A DNA stretch of 64,000 nucleotides from Candidatus Moraniibacteriota bacterium (GTDB taxonomy: Bacteria > Patescibacteriota > Minisyncoccia > Moranbacterales > UBA1568). The notes beneath the pieces were generated by a model. That model did no database searches, had not been told where the DNA came from, and was given only the letters and a program-made list of their open reading frames with translations. The stretch lies in the NCBI GenBank assembly GCA_016699425.1, contig CP064975.1, forward strand, positions 386,979-450,978, in the 5' to 3' direction. This document shows positions 58,308-64,000 of this stretch, piece by piece. The translations under genes were made by a program, and so were the position numbers. Each line of letters starts with the position of its first letter. Position 1 is the stretch's first letter.

Positions 58308-58913
58308 ATGTTTCTCACTGATCCAATCTTTCGGGCGATCGAGCGGGCCACCGCGCTTCATCATGGTCAGATACGCCGCGTGACGGGTGTGCCGTATATC
58401 GTCCATCCGTATGCGGTTGGTTTTCTCTTGGCGCATTTCACGGACGACGAGTCGGTCATCATCGCCGCACTCCTGCACGATGTGCTCGAAGACGTGCCGG
58501 GCTATACGCGGACGATGCTTGAAGCTGAGTTTGGCTCCGAAGTTGCACGACTCGTCTCTGAGGTGACCGAGGACAATGCACTCTATGCCGAGCATCCCGA
58601 ACTTCCCCACGGTGATCGCGTCGGATTGAAGAAAGCTGATTATCTGCGACGACTTGCGGATGATTCCGAGGGCGCACTCTTGATCGCGGCGGCGGACAAG
58701 ATTTGTAATGCACGCTCCTTCCTCGCTGAGTACCCGAAACTTGGTATACATTTTTGGGCCAAGTATCACGGGACGCCCGAACGCTATCTCCTCTTTTCAC
58801 GCGCGGTGAACGCAATTATCCAGGAGAAGCTCGCGCATCCGTTGGCCGAAGAGCTCGATCGAGTGACAAAGCTAGCCGAGACCCTTATCCGGGAAACCGA
58901 AGAAACAGTATGA
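58308..58913 (+). CDS. HD-domain (p)ppGpp hydrolase-like protein (SpoT/RelA hydrolase domain only)
   Basis: ALHHGQIRRVTGVPYIVHPYAVGFLL…AALLHDVLED. A promoter TTGGCT-N17-TAAGAT lies upstream. Confidence 0.75.
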   Translation: MFLTDPIFRAIERATALHHGQIRRVTGVPYIVHPYAVGFLLAHFTDDESVIIAALLHDVLEDVPGYTRTMLEAEFGSEVARLVSEVTEDNALYAEHPELPHGDRVGLKKADYLRRLADDSEGALLIAAADKICNARSFLAEYPKLGIHFWAKYHGTPERYLLFSRAVNAIIQEKLAHPLAEELDRVTKLAETLIRETEETV

Positions 58914-60055
58914 AAATCGGCATCAATGCCAATTATTTCCAGAAGCCCTCAACGGGGATCGGTGTTGTCACGCGCGAATTCATGCGGGCGCTGGCGGATA
59001 GGCCCGAAGGACGCTCGCATGAGTGGATATGGTATTACGAGGGTGAGGTGCCGGCCGGGCAGTGGCCAGGCAATTGGCGTTTTGAAAAGGTATCGACCTG
59101 GTGGACGCGCGATGATATCCCACATCGGTACTTGTGGGAGCGCTTTTCATTGCCGCGCGCGGTTCGACGTGACCAGTGCGACACTGTTTTCAGTTTGTAT
59201 CAGTCTGTGACGCGTTTGCCACAGTCGGTCCACCACGTGATGCTCGTGCATGACCTCATCCCGAAACGTTTTCCAGCGTATCTCGGCAATTGGCGGCAGC
59301 GACTTTATTACCATGCCATCGAACGATCCATCTGTTCAGCCGATCGAATTGTGACGCCTTCGAAGGCGACGAAACATGATGTGGAACAATATCTCTCCGT
59401 CCCACGCAAAAAGGTCGCCGTCGCATCACTCGGGATCGCGACCGCGTTCCAGACACCGCTCGCGCCAGCAGATCGGGATGCGGTACTCAAGCGATACGGG
59501 CTGCAGCCAGGGTATCTGTATCACGGCGGCGGACTCGAGCTCCGGAAGAATACGGAAGTCTTGTTGCGGGCGTATGCTGCTCTCATGTCGATGCTCGATC
59601 GTGAGTCACTCCCGCTGCTCGTCGTGAGCGGCACGGTCTATGCAGAGACGAATCCTCTGGCGACGCCGGTCCACTCGCTCATCGCCGAACTGGGTCTCGG
59701 CGACCGGGTCCGATTGTTGGGTCAAGTACCGGAGACTGATTTGCCCGCGCTGTACCAGGGGGCGCTAGTGTTTATTTATCCGTCGCGCTTCGAGGGCTTC
59801 GGATTGCCAGTGCTCGAAGCCTTTGCCTCGGGGACACCAGTTATCACCACCGCAGCTGGATCATTGGGCGAACTAGCCGAGGGTACGGCTGAGATCGTTG
59901 CTGTCGATGATGTCGACGGGTTGGCCAGAGCGATGCAGCTGGTCGCGACGGATGAGACAGTCCGGGCAGGTCTCTCAGCACGGGGCCGAGAGCGCGCCCA
60001 AGAGTATGCGTGGTCACGGTTTGCCGATGCGACTGTGGCGGCTTTGCTACAATAA
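58909..60055 (+). CDS. Glycosyltransferase family 4
   Basis: Start at MKIGINANYF, with an ATGA overlap onto the HD gene's stop. C-terminal FEGFGLPVLEAFASGTPVITTAAGS. Confidence 0.8.
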
Positions 60056-60059
60056 TCAT

Positions 60060-61649
60060 ATGGATACCTTGTTTCGATGTTTTCGTATGTGGTCAGCCGA
60101 TCCACGGACGGTTTTCGGTATAGTCGGATTGCTCATCGGCGGACTGGGGGTCATGCTCATGCTTGTCGGTGCCTTCCCGCTCGGCGTCATCAATCTTGTT
60201 TTTTTTACCTTGCTGCTTTTCCTCATTGCTCTGTATCGGCCGAACTGGGGATTTTTGGGACTGGTTGCGGTGCTCCCATTTGAGACTGTGAATCTGCTGC
60301 CCGCGTCTGTGAGTGTCGCGTTGCGGCCGTATCAGTGGATCTTTCTCATCGTTGCCCTCGCTCTAGCGGTACGAGTCGGATCGAGGCGGACGCCCTGGTC
60401 GCTCTTCCGTTTGACCTCACTCGATGTCCTGCTGGCGCTCATCCCGCTCGGAGCCGGGGTTTCCGGACTCATGGCGGGTGGAGCGGGGGTACACAATGCG
60501 GTGATCCTCGCTTCTTTCTTTGCGCTGTATCTCCTGGGTCGGGTATTTCTCCGGACGCCGGGGGACATCGGTGTCGCCGCGACTGTACTGGCCGCTTCGG
60601 GGCTTGTCTCACTTAGTTTCGGCATCGCGCAAAACATCGCCTTCGAACACGGCCAAAACCTCGCCGCGGTCATGCCCGGTCGGCCAAATGGAACTTTTGC
60701 CGAACCAGATTGGCTGGGCTTATTTGCCGTGATTATCTTACTCCTGCTCCTCGCTCAGCTCACACCTGCTTCCAGAGACCGTTCGGATACGCTCGTCGAT
60801 CAACTGCCGAGCATCGTTTTGCTTGCTTTGCCGCTCACCCTCGTGATCGTGACCCTTATCCTCACAGTAAGTCGGAGCGCTTGGCTCGCGGCCTGTGTCG
60901 CCATCATCAGCTGGGCGAGCGCTCTCCTCATAGCGAAGGGGAAAGCAGCCATCTCTCTCGTTCTTCAGAGCGCACGGGTGCTCGTCATCGTCTTTGGGCT
61001 GGCGCTCCTCATCGTGGTGGATATTCCGTTGACCCGCTTCGACCTCTTGAATCGGGCGGGGAGTACGGCGACGGGCCTTCAGGAAATCACGGTCGCGTGT
61101 CCTATTCCGACCACACTTCCGACTGAAATTGCCAGTGTAGACGACCTGCGTTCCTTCGGTTGCCGCCACATCGATCTCGAGGAACGAGCCACGCTCGCAG
61201 CTCTCGGACAATCCATCCAGACGATCTACCGGCCAGACCCAAATGTCGTCATCCGGAGCAGTATTTATCAGCGCTCGTGGGAGGAGATCCGCTCTCAGCC
61301 GGTGTTCGGCATCGGCTGGGGGAATATCGGCACGGTGCTCGGTCGCGACGAGCATGGTGCGGCTTACAATGCGAGCAATCTCTGGTTTGAAGTCTGGCTC
61401 GGGGCGGGGATCATCGGACTCTTGGGTCTGGCTGGGGCGATCGGACTGGTGGCGGTTCGGGGAGTGCGTCTGCTCGCTCGTGACGTGCGCCCAGAACCAG
61501 GACGCATACATCTTCCCATCACGCTGTCACTCCTCGCTGCGTTCCTCGTGTTTAATTTCTTCAATGCAGGGCTGCTTATTGGTTTTGTCTGGATCGGCTT
61601 CGCTTGTTTGCCAGTGTTGTTGAGTGACACAGTAGCCGAACGGGTATGA
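60060..61649 (+). CDS. O-antigen ligase/polymerase-like polytopic membrane protein
   Basis: Start at MDTLFRCF. About 12 TM segments and a large periplasmic loop beginning at LTVSRSAWLAA (a Wzy_C-like position). Confidence 0.5.
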   Translation: MDTLFRCFRMWSADPRTVFGIVGLLIGGLGVMLMLVGAFPLGVINLVFFTLLLFLIALYRPNWGFLGLVAVLPFETVNLLPASVSVALRPYQWIFLIVALALAVRVGSRRTPWSLFRLTSLDVLLALIPLGAGVSGLMAGGAGVHNAVILASFFALYLLGRVFLRTPGDIGVAATVLAASGLVSLSFGIAQNIAFEHGQNLAAVMPGRPNGTFAEPDWLGLFAVIILLLLLAQLTPASRDRSDTLVDQLPSIVLLALPLTLVIVTLILTVSRSAWLAACVAIISWASALLIAKGKAAISLVLQSARVLVIVFGLALLIVVDIPLTRFDLLNRAGSTATGLQEITVACPIPTTLPTEIASVDDLRSFGCRHIDLEERATLAALGQSIQTIYRPDPNVVIRSSIYQRSWEEIRSQPVFGIGWGNIGTVLGRDEHGAAYNASNLWFEVWLGAGIIGLLGLAGAIGLVAVRGVRLLARDVRPEPGRIHLPITLSLLAAFLVFNFFNAGLLIGFVWIGFACLPVLLSDTVAERV

Positions 61650-62815
61650 ACGGACGACTCCTCGCGGTCGGGATCGATATCCGGCTCATCGGCAAGCAAC
61701 GGACAGGAGACGAGGTCGTTTTCTTCCAGTTAGTTCGCGAGCTCGTTCGACGCCAGGATTCCGATATTCGCTACGAGCTCTTCACCGATGAACAGAGCGC
61801 CGATCGTTTGGCCGCGCTTCGGTCCCGGCTCGAGGCGCTCGGTCGAGGGGATATCGAGATCATCTCGCTTTCGGCGAGGAATCGATTTGTGTGGAATGGT
61901 TGGGTGCTGCCGTGGCGACTCTTTCGACACCCGATCGATGTCTTCCATACGCAGTACATCCTCCCGCTCGTTCTACCGCGCCGATTGAAGGTCGTCACAC
62001 ATATCCACGACGTTTCTTTTCGGGCACATCCAGAGTGGATTGGAGCTGTCGATCGGCTGTTCCTGTCCCTCCTCATCCCGCGGACGCTCGCTCGTTCGGA
62101 TCGATTGATCGCCCCGTCCGTCTTTACCCGTGATGAAATCTGTGCGCGCTTCGGTTTTCCACCCGAACGAGTCGTCGTCATCGCAAATGCTGCCGCCGAT
62201 GAATGGTATCAGTCGATCCCGGTAGCAGCTATTGAAGCTGTCCTGGCGAAATACGGCCTGGCGCGCGGCCGATACTTCATCTCATCCGGGACGCTGCAGC
62301 CGAGGAAGAATATCCCATTTCTCATTGCGGCTTTCACCCGAGCCGTTCGCGAGCATGGACTTGGTCACAGGCTCGTCCTGACAGGTAACCCTGCTGGGCA
62401 CAATGTCGATACCCAAGTTCGAGCGGTTGGTGACGACCGCATCATCTACACCGGCTATGTGTCGGATGCCGACTTGCGGGCCCTGGTTGCGGGGGCGGCC
62501 GCATATGTCTTCCCATCGCTCTATGAAGGCTTCGGTATCCCGATCGAAGAAGCCCTGGCGCAGGGGACAGCTGTGCTCGCCTCAGACATCCCAGCTTTCC
62601 GTGAGATAGGGCGTGAACGGATCCACTATTTCGACCCGCGAGCGCTTGCTCCACTCGCTGACAGTCTGTATACTTTCTCTATTCGGAATGTTTCGGCCAC
62701 AGAGCGTAGAGACGAGCGCTCTACGTTTGGAACACCGCTCTATTCGTGGACCGAGAGTGCAGCCGCTCTGGTCCGGCTCTACCGATCACTGGCAGATCGG
62801 CCGGCTAATTTATAA
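61646..62815 (+). CDS. Glycosyltransferase family 4
   Basis: GT-B fold with YEGFGIPIEEALAQGTAVLASDIPAFREI. Confidence 0.8.
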   Translation: MNGRLLAVGIDIRLIGKQRTGDEVVFFQLVRELVRRQDSDIRYELFTDEQSADRLAALRSRLEALGRGDIEIISLSARNRFVWNGWVLPWRLFRHPIDVFHTQYILPLVLPRRLKVVTHIHDVSFRAHPEWIGAVDRLFLSLLIPRTLARSDRLIAPSVFTRDEICARFGFPPERVVVIANAAADEWYQSIPVAAIEAVLAKYGLARGRYFISSGTLQPRKNIPFLIAAFTRAVREHGLGHRLVLTGNPAGHNVDTQVRAVGDDRIIYTGYVSDADLRALVAGAAAYVFPSLYEGFGIPIEEALAQGTAVLASDIPAFREIGRERIHYFDPRALAPLADSLYTFSIRNVSATERRDERSTFGTPLYSWTESAAALVRLYRSLADRPANL

Positions 62816-62823
62816 AGCTTCTC

Positions 62824-63999
62824 CATGACTTCCCAATCAGCGAACACAGTGAATTCGCCTAACAAGAAGAAACGGATTATTCGAATCGTTTTGTTTTTTG
62901 TAGTGCTCGGACTCATTGCGGGCGGCGTTTTTGCTATCAAAGCCGGTTTCGTCTTCAACAAGATTTCATTGGGCAAGGACAGTATCTTCAGGAATCTGGC
63001 GAAGTCGCTACCGGGAGCGAAAGACGAGCTCAAAGGCGAAGCGGATGGCCGGGTCAATGTGCTTCTCCTCGGGATGCGGGGCGAAAATGTCCCCGGCGGT
63101 GGCCTTTTGGCAGACACCATCATGGTACTCTCGCTCCACCCGAAGGATGCAGAGAAAGAAGGGGGCGATACGGCGCGGGCCTCGCTTGTTTCTATTCCCA
63201 GGGATCTGTATGTGAAGGTGCCCGGGCGTGATGAACAACGCAAGATCAATGCGGTCTATGCGCTGGGCGAAGAACGCGGCAAGGGCGGTGGGATCGAAGA
63301 TATGCGGACGATCGTCGGTGAAGTAACGGGGCAGACTATTCCCTATGCGGTCGTGATCAATTTCCAGGGATTCATCGATCTCGTAAATGCCATCGGTGGC
63401 GTGACAGTGACTCTGAATGAGCCCTTCAGCGAGGGAGTGCAATTCCGTGAACCTCATGTGTGCGATGCCAATGTCTATACTGTCCCGACTCGCCCGCCCC
63501 AGTATGAGCACAAGTACTACACACGGAGCGAGGGCACTCGGTATATCGCGAAGTCGTATCTCCTCTGTTACAACAAGGATCAGGAGTGTGGGGGTGTCTT
63601 CGAATTGCCCGCGGGTCCAAACGAGCTCGATGGCAACAAGGCGCTCTGTTACGCTCGGGCCCGGTATCAGAGCAGTGATTTCCGGCGAGCCGAACGCCAA
63701 CAACTTGTCATCCAAGCGATCAAGGACAAAGCGCTCTCGGCGGGAACTCTCACTGATTTCGGTAAGATCAATGCACTACTCGACAGTTTGGGTGACAATC
63801 TCCTCATCAACATGGAGGCATGGGAGGCGAAGCGGTTCTTCGAACTGTATCAGGCGAATCAAGACGCGACACTGACGCAGCGTGTTCTCGAGGATTCCGA
63901 AGAGGGGTTGCTCTATGCACCGCCCGCGACACCGGAATCTGGCTATATATTGCTCCCGCGTGGGGATACCTATGATCGCATCCGGGCTTTGTTTCAGAG
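62824..63999 (+). CDS. LytR-CpsA-Psr (LCP) family protein, partial
   Basis: N-terminal TM anchor followed by RVNVLLLGMRGE…GLLADTIMVLSL…LVSIPRDLYVKVPG…KINAVYALGE…INFQGFIDLVNAIGGVTV. The ORF runs off the window edge. Confidence 0.8.
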
Positions 64000-64000
64000 C

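Overview
The window is a bacterial chromosomal segment of about 55% GC. Genes are compact and often overlap at ATGA junctions.

The first 8.5 kb is housekeeping. It holds a NUDIX hydrolase, tyrS, pheS-pheT, an RNase P RNA gene carrying a large ORF-containing insertion, and a polyprenyl-phosphate sugar phosphotransferase.

The remaining 55 kb is a very large cell-envelope glycan locus:
- at least 13 GT4/GT2 glycosyltransferases;
- two DPM1/GtrB-like polyprenyl-phosphate sugar synthases with candidate flippase partners;
- four to six GT-C (ArnT/PMT-like) integral-membrane glycosyltransferase paralogs;
- two Wzx-like flippases and an O-antigen-ligase-like protein;
- nucleotide-sugar enzymes: a UDP-glucose dehydrogenase, a second UDP-sugar dehydrogenase, a GalE-like epimerase, a CapD-like dehydratase and an SDR epimerase;
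- three SAM methyltransferases;
- a frameshifted AsnB-like amidotransferase;
- an LCP family protein at the right edge.

Housekeeping genes tmk, a histidine phosphatase and RtcB are embedded in the locus.

The non-routine content is as follows:
1. rnpB is interrupted by a ~450-nt structured insertion encoding a YhbQ-like GIY-YIG nuclease.
2. There are three secreted-protein genes: a tandem Cys-containing paralog pair and a third, unrelated secreted protein. All three have near-identical sigma70 promoters. Each also has a 5'-terminal mRNA hairpin that shows compensatory base changes. The same hairpin leader recurs on the opposite strand upstream of another gene.
3. A ~250-bp non-coding module is duplicated and is far better conserved than the adjacent coding sequences. 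It carries its own plus-strand intrinsic terminator and is a candidate duplicated sRNA.
4. A short PaaX-like regulator is flanked by two copies of a bipartite TTGTACAA-N24-TTGTACAA operator-like repeat. It sits next to a COG0523 metallochaperone.
5. A P-loop small-molecule kinase and a Pol-beta nucleotidyltransferase form a pair inside the glycosyltransferase cluster.

No CRISPR array, transposase, rRNA gene or confident tRNA was seen. Taxonomic placement is inference only; a Patescibacteria/CPR-like or other small-genome bacterium is possible.
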